From positions 4,128,001 to 4,192,000 of the forward strand of contig CBDFJQ010000002.1 of assembly GCA_965248575.1 (NCBI GenBank): 64,000 nucleotides of DNA. Reading direction: 5' to 3'. Below, piece after piece: positions 20,920-30,726 of the stretch. Below the pieces are notes generated by a model. That model was not told the origin of the DNA. It saw only the letters and a list, made by a program, of their open reading frames with translations, and ran no database searches. Position 1 is the first letter of the stretch. Every line of letters begins with the position of its first letter. A program made the position numbers and the translations under genes. The stretch is from Planctomycetota bacterium. GTDB taxonomy: Bacteria; Planctomycetota; B15-G4.

Positions 20920-22539
20920 TTAGAGCGAAAGTGTGCGGGAGCTGATGATGCGCGGTTGGGCGGAGAGCTCGGACAGCTCGTCGACCGTGAGCGGGCGGTT
21001 GATGCCGTAGAGGGCCATGGCAGCGTCCCCGTTCTCGGAAGAGGCCATCTGCAGGCCGCCGATGTTGACGCCCTGAGTGCCGAGCCACGTGGCCACCGTG
21101 CCGAGCACGCCGGGCGCGTCGTGGTGTCGGGTGAGCAGCAGGCAGCCTTCGGGGACGAAGTCCACGCCGAAGCCCTCAAAGCGCACGAGGCGCGGGCGGC
21201 CGCGGTAGACCGTGCCCGCCAGGCTGTGCTCGTTGCCGGACTTGGTGAGCACATGCAGTTTGAGCAGGGAGGTGAAGTCCGTGGGCTCGCGGCTGTTCTC
21301 TTCCAGAAGTTGCAGCCCTCGCTCGGCGGCGACCATCTCGGCGTTGACAGCGTTGACGGGCGTCTCGAGCGCGGGGCTCAGGATGCCGGCCAGCACCGCC
21401 AGCTTGACGGGGTTGGTGTTGCGCTCGGCCAGGTCGCCGCGGTAGCTCACTTCCACGCGCACGATGGGGTCGTTGGCCACCTGGGCCAGCATCAGGCCGG
21501 CGCGCTCACCTAGCGCCATGTAGGGCCGCAGGGTGGCCAGGTCTTCGGGGGACACGCTCGGCGCGTTCACCGAGCAGCGACCCTCGTCGTGCAGCAGGTA
21601 GTCCGCCATCTGCTTGGCGATCTCGGTTGAGACGCGCACCTGTGCCTCGCTCGAGCTGGCACCCAGGTGCGGCGTGAGCAGCAGCTTGGGTGCGCTGCGC
21701 AGGGGACTGTCCTCGGCCAGGGGTTCGCTCTCGTACACATCGAGGGCGGCGCCGCCGAGTTCGCCAGCGTCCAGGGCAGCCAGCAGGTCGGCCTCGACGA
21801 TGATGCCGCCCCGGGCGCAGTTGATGAGGCAGGCGTTCGACTTCATCTTCTTCATGGCTGTCGCGTCGATCAGGCCCAGGGTCTCGGGGCTCTTGGGCAC
21901 GTGGATGCTCATGAAGTCGGCTTGTGCCAGGGCTTCGTCCAGGTCCACCAGCTCCACGCCGGGCACCGGGGACTCGCCGGTGAGGAAGGGGTCGTAGGCC
22001 AGGACGTTCATCTTCAAGCCCAGGCCGCGCTCCGCGGCGATGCGGCCGATCTTGCCCAAGCCCACGATGACCAGGGTCTTGCCGGTGATCTCGCGGCCGG
22101 TGAGGGAAGACTTGTCCCAGCGGCCGGCCTTCATGCTGGCGTCGGCGGCGGGCAGGTGGCGGGCCAGGCTCATCACGTGGGCGATGGCCAGCTCAGCCGT
22201 GGTGGTGGCGTTGGCGAGCGGGGTGTTCATGACCAGCACGCCGTGGCGGCTGGCGGCCCCGAGGTCGATGTTGTCCACGCCGATGCCGGCACGGCCCACG
22301 GCCCGCAGGCGTGGAGCGGCCTCGATCACGGCTTCCGTGACCTTCGAGGCGCTGCGCACGAGGATCCCGTCCACGTCCTTGGCGGCCGCCACGAGCTCCT
22401 CGGGGCTCAGGCCAGTTTGCACCCGAGCCTCCAATCCGGCGGCTTCCAGGATCGCGACACCGGCGGGGTCCATCTTGTCGGCGACGAGCACCACTTGGGT
22501 GCGGGTGGTGGTCTTTTCGGGGGTCATGGTGGAGGGCAT
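20920..22539 (-). CDS. serA: D-3-phosphoglycerate dehydrogenase (with ASB and ACT domains)
   Basis: RAGIGVDNID, GLGKIG, INCARGG, TPHLGASS, C-terminal DAPGVLG ACT domain. Confidence 0.95.
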   Translation of the reverse strand: MPSTMTPEKTTTRTQVVLVADKMDPAGVAILEAAGLEARVQTGLSPEELVAAAKDVDGILVRSASKVTEAVIEAAPRLRAVGRAGIGVDNIDLGAASRHGVLVMNTPLANATTTAELAIAHVMSLARHLPAADASMKAGRWDKSSLTGREITGKTLVIVGLGKIGRIAAERGLGLKMNVLAYDPFLTGESPVPGVELVDLDEALAQADFMSIHVPKSPETLGLIDATAMKKMKSNACLINCARGGIIVEADLLAALDAGELGGAALDVYESEPLAEDSPLRSAPKLLLTPHLGASSSEAQVRVSTEIAKQMADYLLHDEGRCSVNAPSVSPEDLATLRPYMALGERAGLMLAQVANDPIVRVEVSYRGDLAERNTNPVKLAVLAGILSPALETPVNAVNAEMVAAERGLQLLEENSREPTDFTSLLKLHVLTKSGNEHSLAGTVYRGRPRLVRFEGFGVDFVPEGCLLLTRHHDAPGVLGTVATWLGTQGVNIGGLQMASSENGDAAMALYGINRPLTVDELSELSAQPRIISSRTLSL

Positions 22540-22755
22540 CGGGATGCTCGGTGCGGCAGAAGAGGGACGGGGAGGGAGATCGCGTGGGGACCTTCGTATT
22601 CCAGGCTCAGACATATCCTTTTGAGGCGGCGACAGCCAGCCGTGCAAGAGACTATCCCGACCAAAGAGTACGTAAAGGCGGCAGATCTTCTGCGGCTCCA
22701 GAAGCCATGGGTTCGATAGCGGGATACGACCCCTCGGGATAGACTGTTCCGACCT

Positions 22756-24330
22756 ATGCGCGTACAGCTGATTCACCCTCCTGCTTTCGTCAACCCGACG
22801 GCCCTGACGGCCCTCGCACCGACGCTCCCCCTGGGCCTGGCGTACATCGCCTCCTCGGCTCGTGGGGCGGGCCACGAGGTGAGCATCATCGACTCCGTCG
22901 GCGAGGCCCCCGACCGCTTGCGCCGGGATGGCCCGGTGGCAGTCCTGGGGCTCAACGTCGAGGAGATCGTGGAGCGCCTGGACCCCGAGACGCAGGTGGT
23001 GGGCATCGGCGAGACCTTCACCTACCAGTGGTTCGTCGTGCAGAAGATCCTGGCCGCAGTGAAGGAAGCGCGGCCGGACATCCTGCTGGTGGCAGGGGGC
23101 GAGCACTTCACGGGCTTGCCCGACTACACCCTGCGTGAGTCGGCCGCAGACGTGCTGGTGATCGGCGAAGGCGAGGAGACCTTCCTCGACATCACGCGCC
23201 GCTACGGGGATTACGTGGAAGCGCGCGGCGACGCGGATGCTCCTACGGAAGTGGCAGGCCATGTGCACGAGTGGTTGGGCGGTTGCCCCGGCACGGTGTA
23301 TCGCGGGGCCGATGGCGAACCCGTGCACGAGGAGCGCCGCTCCCGCGTGCGCGATGTCGACAAGATCCCGCCGCCGGCGTGGGACCTGTTCGATGTCATC
23401 ACCTACGACGAGAACCGCTGGATCACCGGTATCCGGCGCGGCGTCACGATCCCCATCTTTGCGACGCGCGGTTGTCCCTACCAGTGCACCTACTGCAGTT
23501 CGTCGAACATGTGGACCACCAAGTGGGTGGCGCGCGACCCCAAGCTGGTCGCCGACGAGATGCAGCACAGCTACGACACCTATGGTGCGCGCAACTTCCC
23601 GTTCCACGATTTGACGGCCATCCTCAAGCGCCAGTGGATCCTCGACTTCTGCAACGAGATCCTGGATCGAGGGCTGGAAGTCTCATGGCAGCTGCCTCTG
23701 GGCACGCGCTGCGAAGTGGTGGACGACGAAGTCGCCGATCTGCTCCAGCGCAGTGGCGGTTGGTCGCTGAACTTCGCGCCCGAGAGCGGCAGCGAGCGCG
23801 TGCGCGAGCGCGTCAAGAAACGGATGTCCGAGGAGAGCTTGATGAGCGCGGTGAACGCGGCCATCAAGCACAAGCTCAACGTCACCTCCTTCTTCATCCT
23901 GGGCTTCCCGGAAGACGAACCCTTCGACATGAAGGAAACCGTCAAGCTGGTGAAGAAGCTGGCACGGGCTGGTGTGGACGATGTGGCCGTGGGCTTCTTC
24001 TTCCCCATTCCGGGCACGCCGCTTTGGAATCAGCTCGAGGATGTGGGCAAGGTGGGCATGGATCAGGACACGATCCTGGCGCCGCTCTTCGTGCACGACC
24101 GCTGGATGACCAAGGAACGCAACTTCTGCAGCAACATGAGCGCCCGGACCCTGACCTACTGGAAGTACCGGGTGGTCTTCGCGTTCTACCTGCGGGCGAT
24201 CCTGCTGAACCCCAAGCGCTGGATGCGCATCTTCAGCAACTTCTTCAGCGAGCGCGAAGACAGCAAGTTCGACAGCTTCATGCGCATCCTCAAGCAACGC
24301 TTCTTCACGAAGCGCGCCGCCAAGACCTAG
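22756..24330 (+). CDS. B12-binding-domain radical SAM protein
   Basis: PLGLAYIAS, GGEH, GEGE, TRGCPYQCTYC (CxxxCxxC), APESGS, PIPGT. Confidence 0.9.
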   Translation: MRVQLIHPPAFVNPTALTALAPTLPLGLAYIASSARGAGHEVSIIDSVGEAPDRLRRDGPVAVLGLNVEEIVERLDPETQVVGIGETFTYQWFVVQKILAAVKEARPDILLVAGGEHFTGLPDYTLRESAADVLVIGEGEETFLDITRRYGDYVEARGDADAPTEVAGHVHEWLGGCPGTVYRGADGEPVHEERRSRVRDVDKIPPPAWDLFDVITYDENRWITGIRRGVTIPIFATRGCPYQCTYCSSSNMWTTKWVARDPKLVADEMQHSYDTYGARNFPFHDLTAILKRQWILDFCNEILDRGLEVSWQLPLGTRCEVVDDEVADLLQRSGGWSLNFAPESGSERVRERVKKRMSEESLMSAVNAAIKHKLNVTSFFILGFPEDEPFDMKETVKLVKKLARAGVDDVAVGFFFPIPGTPLWNQLEDVGKVGMDQDTILAPLFVHDRWMTKERNFCSNMSARTLTYWKYRVVFAFYLRAILLNPKRWMRIFSNFFSEREDSKFDSFMRILKQRFFTKRAAKT

Positions 24331-24447
24331 GCGGTCGCAGGCTGGTCCAGCGGCCCACAGTTGGGGCCCCGGCAGCCTACGTATGGTGAAATGGCCAGCC
24401 GCTTGGGCAGGGCATCCGGTGTGCCTGCTTGGAGAGTGGGGTGACCC

Positions 24448-25953
24448 GTGCTGCTGAGGAGTCAACGCATGATCGTGACGTGCTTGCTGTGGGTGGGTTT
24501 CCTAGGGCTCGTTCCCCAGGACCCTGAGCCTGGGTTTTCGGCGCAGACCTACTCGCTGGACGCAGCGGCGCCTGCGGGCTTCGACCGCGACTGGGCGGCC
24601 GCGCAGACCCTGCGGCACCTGCAGGAGTTGGTGGCCATCAACACCACGAATGCGCAGCAGGCCGACCCAGGGGCCACGCGCCCCAACGGGAACGAGTTGG
24701 CCACGGCCCTTTGGTTCGAGCAGCAGTTGAAGGGCTTGGACGGCGTGGAGACGCATGTGCTGGACGCAGGCGACGGCCGCGCCAACTTCGTCGCGCGCCT
24801 TCGGGCGGTGGATCCGGTGGGGCGACCCGTGCTGGTCATGGGCCACATGGATGTGGTCGGCGCCGACACCTCCAAGTGGAACACGCCCCCCTTCGTGGCC
24901 ACGACCGAGGGCGCCTACGTCTATGGCCGCGGCGTCATCGACTGCAAAGGTCCGCTCTCTGCGGAGCTGACGGCCTTCCTGGTGCTGGCCAAGCGCCGTG
25001 CCCAGCTCAAGCGCGACATCGTCTTCCTGGCCACGGCGGCGGAGGAGGGCGGGCCGGAGATCGGCATCGGGCGCGTGCTCGAAGAGCACCGGGAGCTGCT
25101 GGGCGGCCCCGAGTTCGCCCTGAACGAAGGCGGGCGTGTTCGCATCGATGGCGGCCTCATCCGCTCCGTGAACATCCAGACCACCGAGAAGCTGGCCTAC
25201 AACGTGGTGGCCACGGCGCAGGGTCTCGGCGGCCACGGCTCGGTGCCCCTGCCGGACAACGCCCTCGCAGCCCTGGCGCGGGCCGTGGCGCGGGTGCACG
25301 AATGGCGGGCGCCCGTCAGGCTCAACGCCACGACGCGCATCTTCCTGGAGCGGCAGGCGTTGATCGAGAGCGACCCGCTGCTGCGGGCGGCCATGCAGAC
25401 GCTGAGCACGGCGCGCAACGGCAGTGCAGAGTTTGACCGGGCGGCTTCGGTGCTGTCGGGGGTGCCGCACTACTCGGCCATCCTGCGCACGGGGCAATCC
25501 CTCACGCGCCTCGATGGGGGCTTCCGCAGCAACGTCATCCCCTCCTCGGGCAGCGCAACCTTCAACGTCCGCGTGCTGCCCAGTGACAACATCCTGTCCA
25601 TCGTCGAGGACATGAACCGCGTCGGCGCGGAGCCGACAGTGGTGTTCGCCCTGGACGGTAGCCCGAAGGCCGCCCCTCCGGCTTCGCCCGTGGATTCAGC
25701 ACTGTTCCGTGCGATGTCTGAAGCGGCGACCGCCATGGTGCCCGACGTCGTCGTGGTGCCCTTCATGTCGACCGGCGGCACCGACGGCGCAGCCTTGCGT
25801 GCGGTGGGCGTCCCGACCTACGGGATCCTGCCCATCCCCATGCCCTTGGAAGACGAGCTGCGCATGCACGGGGACAACGAGCGCGCGCCGCTGGCGGGCC
25901 TCGGCTGGGCTGCGGAGTACATCTACCGCATCCTGTTGGGTGTCGCGGGCTGA
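24448..25953 (+). CDS. Secreted M20/M25/M40 metallopeptidase
   Basis: GHMDVV, GRGVIDCKG, AEEGG, NEGG, GHGS, GGTDG, HGDNER. Confidence 0.9.
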   Translation: MLLRSQRMIVTCLLWVGFLGLVPQDPEPGFSAQTYSLDAAAPAGFDRDWAAAQTLRHLQELVAINTTNAQQADPGATRPNGNELATALWFEQQLKGLDGVETHVLDAGDGRANFVARLRAVDPVGRPVLVMGHMDVVGADTSKWNTPPFVATTEGAYVYGRGVIDCKGPLSAELTAFLVLAKRRAQLKRDIVFLATAAEEGGPEIGIGRVLEEHRELLGGPEFALNEGGRVRIDGGLIRSVNIQTTEKLAYNVVATAQGLGGHGSVPLPDNALAALARAVARVHEWRAPVRLNATTRIFLERQALIESDPLLRAAMQTLSTARNGSAEFDRAASVLSGVPHYSAILRTGQSLTRLDGGFRSNVIPSSGSATFNVRVLPSDNILSIVEDMNRVGAEPTVVFALDGSPKAAPPASPVDSALFRAMSEAATAMVPDVVVVPFMSTGGTDGAALRAVGVPTYGILPIPMPLEDELRMHGDNERAPLAGLGWAAEYIYRILLGVAG

Positions 25954-25975
25954 CTCCGGCTGAGCGGCCTCGGGT

Positions 25976-27067
25976 TCAGTCTTCGCTGGGGGCGACGCTG
26001 GAATCGACCTTGAACGGCAGTCTCAGCGTGGGACTGCCCATGGCCGAGAACCAGTCCACGTACTCGTCCACCAGCTCGACCTCCAAGAAGTAGGAGCGCA
26101 TCGGGATCTCATCGATGGTCGGGATCTCCACATCCCAGGTGCTGGTTTCCCCGGGACCCACACGCTGGTCGCGGTAGCCGCTGCGCACCCGATGCAGGAC
26201 GCGTCCGTGCAGGGCGAGCACGCGCACTTCCATGTGCACGCCGGACTCCTTGTCCGCACGGTGCATCCAGGGCAGGGGGCTGGTGTTCGTTGTGCGCACG
26301 GTGAGGGAGAGGCCGCTGCCTGGGGCCAGCACCTCAGGGACCGGCTCCACGACGATCTCGGCGCGGTAGAAGTACGGCACATAGTGCTCGCGGGCCCACT
26401 CCCGGAAGAGGGCCGGGCTGTGTCGGCGCTCGGGGTCACTGGCCAGCCAAGCCTCGTAGTTATCCAGCACCTGGGGCAGGTCCGAGCCCGACAGCGATTG
26501 GACGAAACCCATCTCGAAACCGAACTGCTCGCGTGCCTGCGCGAGGCTGCGGCCGTCCAGGATCTGCGAGATCGCCGCCGCGAGTCCGCTGCGCTCGACA
26601 CCCGCCTGGCAGTGCATGAGCAGGGGACGCCCGGCTTCTGTCAGCTGCTTGATCAAGAGCTGAAGTGTGGCGGGGCTGGGCAGCCGTTGGCCCGTGAGGT
26701 CGACGCTCAGGTGTTGCAGCCCCAGGGAGCGGACATGCTCCTGCTCCGCCACGAACCAGGCGTCGTCATTGTCCGCCCGGCGCAGGTTCAGCACGGTCCT
26801 CAGGTTCAGCTCGCTCGCGAGGCGCGTGATGTCCTCGCTGCTCGGCTGGGCGCTGCGCCAAACGCCGCCCTCGTTGACTGGGTGCAGGTTCAGACCGAAA
26901 GCGATGGGCCAGGCGAACCCCAGGAACAGGGCCACGAGCACGACGGCGACCAGGCCCAGGACGCGCGGCCAGCGGCGGGCCGGACCGGCCGGAGGGGTCG
27001 GAGGGGTCGGAGGGGTCGGAGGGGTCGGCGACTCATCGTGGGCGGGAGCGTCAGCAGGCTGGCTCAT
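25976..27067 (-). CDS. Membrane-anchored protein tyrosine/dual-specificity phosphatase-like protein with C-terminal Ig-like domain
   Basis: WRSAQP, TVLNLR, HCQAGVER (CX5R), one N-terminal TM segment. Confidence 0.8.
   Translation of the reverse strand: MSQPADAPAHDESPTPPTPPTPPTPPAGPARRWPRVLGLVAVVLVALFLGFAWPIAFGLNLHPVNEGGVWRSAQPSSEDITRLASELNLRTVLNLRRADNDDAWFVAEQEHVRSLGLQHLSVDLTGQRLPSPATLQLLIKQLTEAGRPLLMHCQAGVERSGLAAAISQILDGRSLAQAREQFGFEMGFVQSLSGSDLPQVLDNYEAWLASDPERRHSPALFREWAREHYVPYFYRAEIVVEPVPEVLAPGSGLSLTVRTTNTSPLPWMHRADKESGVHMEVRVLALHGRVLHRVRSGYRDQRVGPGETSTWDVEIPTIDEIPMRSYFLEVELVDEYVDWFSAMGSPTLRLPFKVDSSVAPSED
26991..27026. repeat. Perfect 9-bp tandem repeat (GGAGGGGTC)x4, encoding TPP repeats
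   Basis: Read directly from the sequence. Confidence 0.9.
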
Positions 27068-27122
27068 GCAACGAGCAGACCAAACCGAGAGCGGTCGCCC
27101 AAGCCTGCATCGGGAAGTCGCC

Positions 27123-29111
27123 TCAGGGGGAGGCCGGCGCAGTCGCCGAGGGCTCCAGCTGCCCCGCTTGTTCCAGGGAGGCTCCCTCTTCCACAGAGAT
27201 CTGGGTGCCGCCGTTGCTCTCGACCGCCGTCCCCTGCAAGCGCGCATGGCTGGGCGCCAACAGCAGGACACCGATGCCGGTGTTGCCCCGGATGCGCCCT
27301 CGGTCCAGCTGCGCACGCCCCTCGAAGTCCAGCTGCAGGCCGTGCCCGAGGTTGTCTTGGATGCGGCAGTCCACGAGATCCGCATGAGACTGGCGCCGCA
27401 CGAGCACGCCGCCTTGTTCGTTCGCCGCGAGCAGGCATCCCATCAAGGAGGTGTCGGCGCTTTGATCCACGAGCAGGCCGAGGCCCTTGTTGCCCGTGAT
27501 GTCGGTGGCGCGAAACACCCCGGCCCCGCCGCGCGTGATCCACACGCCATGCCCACCGTTGTCGGCGATGGTGCACGACTCCACGCTGGGATTGCCGCCC
27601 GCAGAGACCGAGACGCCGACCCCTCCATGCCCCGAGATGGAGCAGCCCAGGAAATCACCTCGGGTCTCGAAGCCGCTGGACACCACGGCGGCGCCACCGC
27701 CCTGCTCGATGCGGCACTTGAGGAAGCGTGTCGTGGCTCCATCGGCGAGCACGACCTGCGCCCAGCGATTGCGGTCCTCGGTGTAGCTGCCGTTGCCGTT
27801 GATGGTGCAGTCGTCGAACACGCCTTCGCTGCCGAGCCAGCTGAAGATGCCGTTCTCCCCTGCGTCCAGGACCGACGTGCGCAAGAAATGGGGCTGGGCC
27901 GCGTCCGTCATGAAGATGTTGTAGAAGACGCTGCCCACGATGCGGCTGTCTTCGAAACGCGGTGCGGCCGCCAGGATCAGCAGGCCATGGCCCAAGGCGT
28001 TCTCGATGGTGCAGTCCCGGAAGGTCGGTGTGCTCTCCTGCTCGATGAACACGAGGCCCGTGAGGATGTGGTGGTCCGTGCCGTCGCGCAGTTCGGTGGC
28101 GATGTGATCGCGGGTCATGCCGCCTGTGTGGTGGTCGGCTTCCATGGGCGTGCCGGAGACGGTGCAACCCTCGAAGAGGCCAGCACTGCCTCCCGAGGCA
28201 TGGATCCCTGGCAGGCCGCCGGGGGAACGGATGGTGACGCCGCGCAGCTGGGGTTCGGCGCCGTCCTCCAGCCAGACACCGGCCACGCTGTTGGACCACA
28301 GGAAGCCGCCAGCCAGGGAGCATTCGCCGGCGCCCGAAACGGCGAGCCCCGTGCCATTGGAGGCAAAGCGCGTGTCGCGCGAGCGCAGGACCCCGCCTTC
28401 GACGGACAGCCCGACGCCATTGCGCGAGAACTCCGTCTGCATCAGCGCCAGGCGGGCCCCGTCGCTGAGCCGGATGCCGAGACCTTCACTGGAGGTGACG
28501 GCGGCGCGCATGAGGCGCGCATCCACGCCTGCGCCCTGGAGCAGCAAGCCGTCACCCTGGCCGCCGACGAAGACACAGGAGTCCACGTCGAGAGTCCCCG
28601 CGTCCGCCTGCAGCGCGGCGCCTCCCGCGGGAGCGTGGACCACCAGGTTGCGCAAGATCACGTGAGCGTTCTCGATGCGCAGGGTCGCTTGGGTCGTTCC
28701 TTGATCGGTGCCCTGACCGGTGCTGTCAGAGGTGCCGACAGAGGTGCCGTGCAAGGACGGGCGAGACCCCTCGGCTTCCAGGATCAACGGCTTGTCCAGG
28801 AGCAGGTTGCCTTCGTAGCGACCCCCGGCGATCAGGATGCGCGTTCCGGCTGCTGCTGCGGCCACGGCCTCTGAGAGGCTGGCGTAATCGCCGGTCCCGT
28901 CGGCGGACACCCGCAGCTCGGCGCTCACCAAGAAGGGACGTTCGGTGATGTCGCTGGCCTCGGGGACCTCCCAACGGGTTGGGACCACCGGAGGAGCTGG
29001 CGTCTCTGGGGGAACAGGCGCCAAAGGATGTGCGTGACCCCCGGGCGCGCCGCACGCGCTTGCAAGCATCAACACAAGCGTGGCGCAGACGGTGGTTGCG
29101 TCGAGGGTCAT
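27123..29111 (-). CDS. Right-handed parallel beta-helix repeat lipoprotein
   Basis: ASAC lipobox, VSADGTGDYASLSEAV, many C.I..N...G(V/L).V repeats. Confidence 0.85.
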   Translation of the reverse strand: MTLDATTVCATLVLMLASACGAPGGHAHPLAPVPPETPAPPVVPTRWEVPEASDITERPFLVSAELRVSADGTGDYASLSEAVAAAAAGTRILIAGGRYEGNLLLDKPLILEAEGSRPSLHGTSVGTSDSTGQGTDQGTTQATLRIENAHVILRNLVVHAPAGGAALQADAGTLDVDSCVFVGGQGDGLLLQGAGVDARLMRAAVTSSEGLGIRLSDGARLALMQTEFSRNGVGLSVEGGVLRSRDTRFASNGTGLAVSGAGECSLAGGFLWSNSVAGVWLEDGAEPQLRGVTIRSPGGLPGIHASGGSAGLFEGCTVSGTPMEADHHTGGMTRDHIATELRDGTDHHILTGLVFIEQESTPTFRDCTIENALGHGLLILAAAPRFEDSRIVGSVFYNIFMTDAAQPHFLRTSVLDAGENGIFSWLGSEGVFDDCTINGNGSYTEDRNRWAQVVLADGATTRFLKCRIEQGGGAAVVSSGFETRGDFLGCSISGHGGVGVSVSAGGNPSVESCTIADNGGHGVWITRGGAGVFRATDITGNKGLGLLVDQSADTSLMGCLLAANEQGGVLVRRQSHADLVDCRIQDNLGHGLQLDFEGRAQLDRGRIRGNTGIGVLLLAPSHARLQGTAVESNGGTQISVEEGASLEQAGQLEPSATAPASP

Positions 29112-29145
29112 GCTGCCCGAGCGAGGCCCGCGCGGCGGGTTCATC

Positions 29146-30567
29146 TCAGCGCTCTTCCAAAGGCGAGGTCTCGGTGGAGACGATGGGCGCCGCACGACCC
29201 TTCAAGACCCGCACGACGCCGGTTGTGGCGCGCGGGCCGCCTTGTTGCAGGGCGCTGACCACCACGTCTGCGTGACCGTCCTCGTCGATGTCACCCAGAC
29301 CGCTCACCGCATATCCGAGCATCATGCTGGGACGCTCGCCGAGCACAGTCATCATGGGCGCGCCCGACTTGCCCGAGTAGACGCCCGCCATGCCCGCGGC
29401 GTGGCCACCCTGGTTTGAGTCATGGGCGCCCACCAGCAGATCGTTCGTGCCGTCGCCGTCCACATCGCCCGCACCCGCCACGGAGAAACCGAAGCGCACA
29501 CGTTCCAGGGGCCCGTCGATGTCGAGCAGCAGGCTGCCGTCCTTGCCGGACATGACCCAGGCCTTGCCGTGCGGCGTGCCTGCCACGAGGGCCGAGGGGT
29601 CGCCCACCACGACGTCGGCAAAGCCGTCGCCGTCGATGTCGCCCGCATGGTCCAGTGAGCTACCGAAGCGCCCGGCGGCTGGCCCAAAGGCATGCAGGAT
29701 CAGGCGCCCGTCAGCGCCTGAGAGCAGGGCCACGCGACCGCTGCGCAGCCCTTCATTGGAGGCACCTGGTGCGCCTACAGCCAGGTCGTCGACACCGTCG
29801 CCGTCGAGATCCGGCAAGCGAGCCATGCAGAGGCCAAAGCCTTCTTCAGCGGTGCCGCCGGGCGAGTACCAGAGCAGGCCGCCGTCTTCGGAACCGGACA
29901 GGCAGAAGACGCCCCCCGCTTCCTGGCCGCGCAGCTCATCGCCCGGTTCGCTCACCACCAGGTCCGGGTAACCGTCGCCGTCGACGTCGTCGAGGCCGGT
30001 GACGGCCCGGCCCATGTTGCCGTAGGGCGTCTCGCCCACGACGCGCAGGATCTCTTCGCCATCGCTGCCTGAGTAGAGGCGCACGGACCCGCCGCTGAGG
30101 GCGCCCTCGGTGTCGAGCGGCACGCCGACGAGGATGTCGATGGACCCGTCTCCGTCCACATCACCCGCTGTGTCCAGGGCCGTGCCGAAGCCATCGTCGG
30201 GCAGTTCGGAGCGCAGCTCGAGCAGGACGCGACCGGTGCGCGCCGAGAGCACCTGGACCGTGCCCGGATGCTCCGCGGAGTGGCGCGGTGCGCCGACGAG
30301 CAGTTCTGGGAGACCATCGCCGTCCATGTCGTGCGAGGCACGCCGCACGATGCGGCCGAAGCCATCATCCGGGGCGAGGCCCTCGGCGCTCCAGAGCACG
30401 TCTTGAGCAAACGGGGCCACGGGGGCCAGAGGGGCCGGCGCTGGAGGGGCAACGGCGTCCTGAGGCCGGAACGCGGCCGAGGCGGGTGTCGCCGCTGCTG
30501 CGAGCGTCGCCAGAGACAGGGCGCACACGGCCAGGCGAGTGGCCAGGCGTGCCAGCGCAGTCGTCAT
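29146..30567 (-). CDS. Secreted FG-GAP (integrin alpha-like) beta-propeller protein
   Basis: About seven FG...GDVDGDG..DLLVGAP repeats; signal peptide. Confidence 0.9.
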   Translation of the reverse strand: MTTALARLATRLAVCALSLATLAAAATPASAAFRPQDAVAPPAPAPLAPVAPFAQDVLWSAEGLAPDDGFGRIVRRASHDMDGDGLPELLVGAPRHSAEHPGTVQVLSARTGRVLLELRSELPDDGFGTALDTAGDVDGDGSIDILVGVPLDTEGALSGGSVRLYSGSDGEEILRVVGETPYGNMGRAVTGLDDVDGDGYPDLVVSEPGDELRGQEAGGVFCLSGSEDGGLLWYSPGGTAEEGFGLCMARLPDLDGDGVDDLAVGAPGASNEGLRSGRVALLSGADGRLILHAFGPAAGRFGSSLDHAGDIDGDGFADVVVGDPSALVAGTPHGKAWVMSGKDGSLLLDIDGPLERVRFGFSVAGAGDVDGDGTNDLLVGAHDSNQGGHAAGMAGVYSGKSGAPMMTVLGERPSMMLGYAVSGLGDIDEDGHADVVVSALQQGGPRATTGVVRVLKGRAAPIVSTETSPLEER

Positions 30568-30726
30568 GTCGCAAAGCTCGAGACGCAAGGCGGTGCTCCG
30601 AAGGAGGCTCAGGCGGCGAGCGATGGATGGGGACAGGTGATGGCAGGGAGCCGATGACGAACCGGACACTATGTCCGCGACATCCCACCCAGTCTACGAG
30701 TTGATGCCCCTGGAGCGAGCAGTCGC

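Noticed and set aside
22540..23607. N-terminal extensions in the ORF track (serA 895 aa; also 10298, 32784, 46580, 433, 14845)
   Set aside because: The extensions overlap neighbouring genes; family similarity starts at downstream start codons
26667..28874. Long antisense or alternative-frame ORFs (also 52277-54040, 54592-56805, 61507-63363, 3571-5052, 19050-20168)
   Set aside because: Shadow ORFs opposite well-supported genes, expected in high-GC DNA; no motifs
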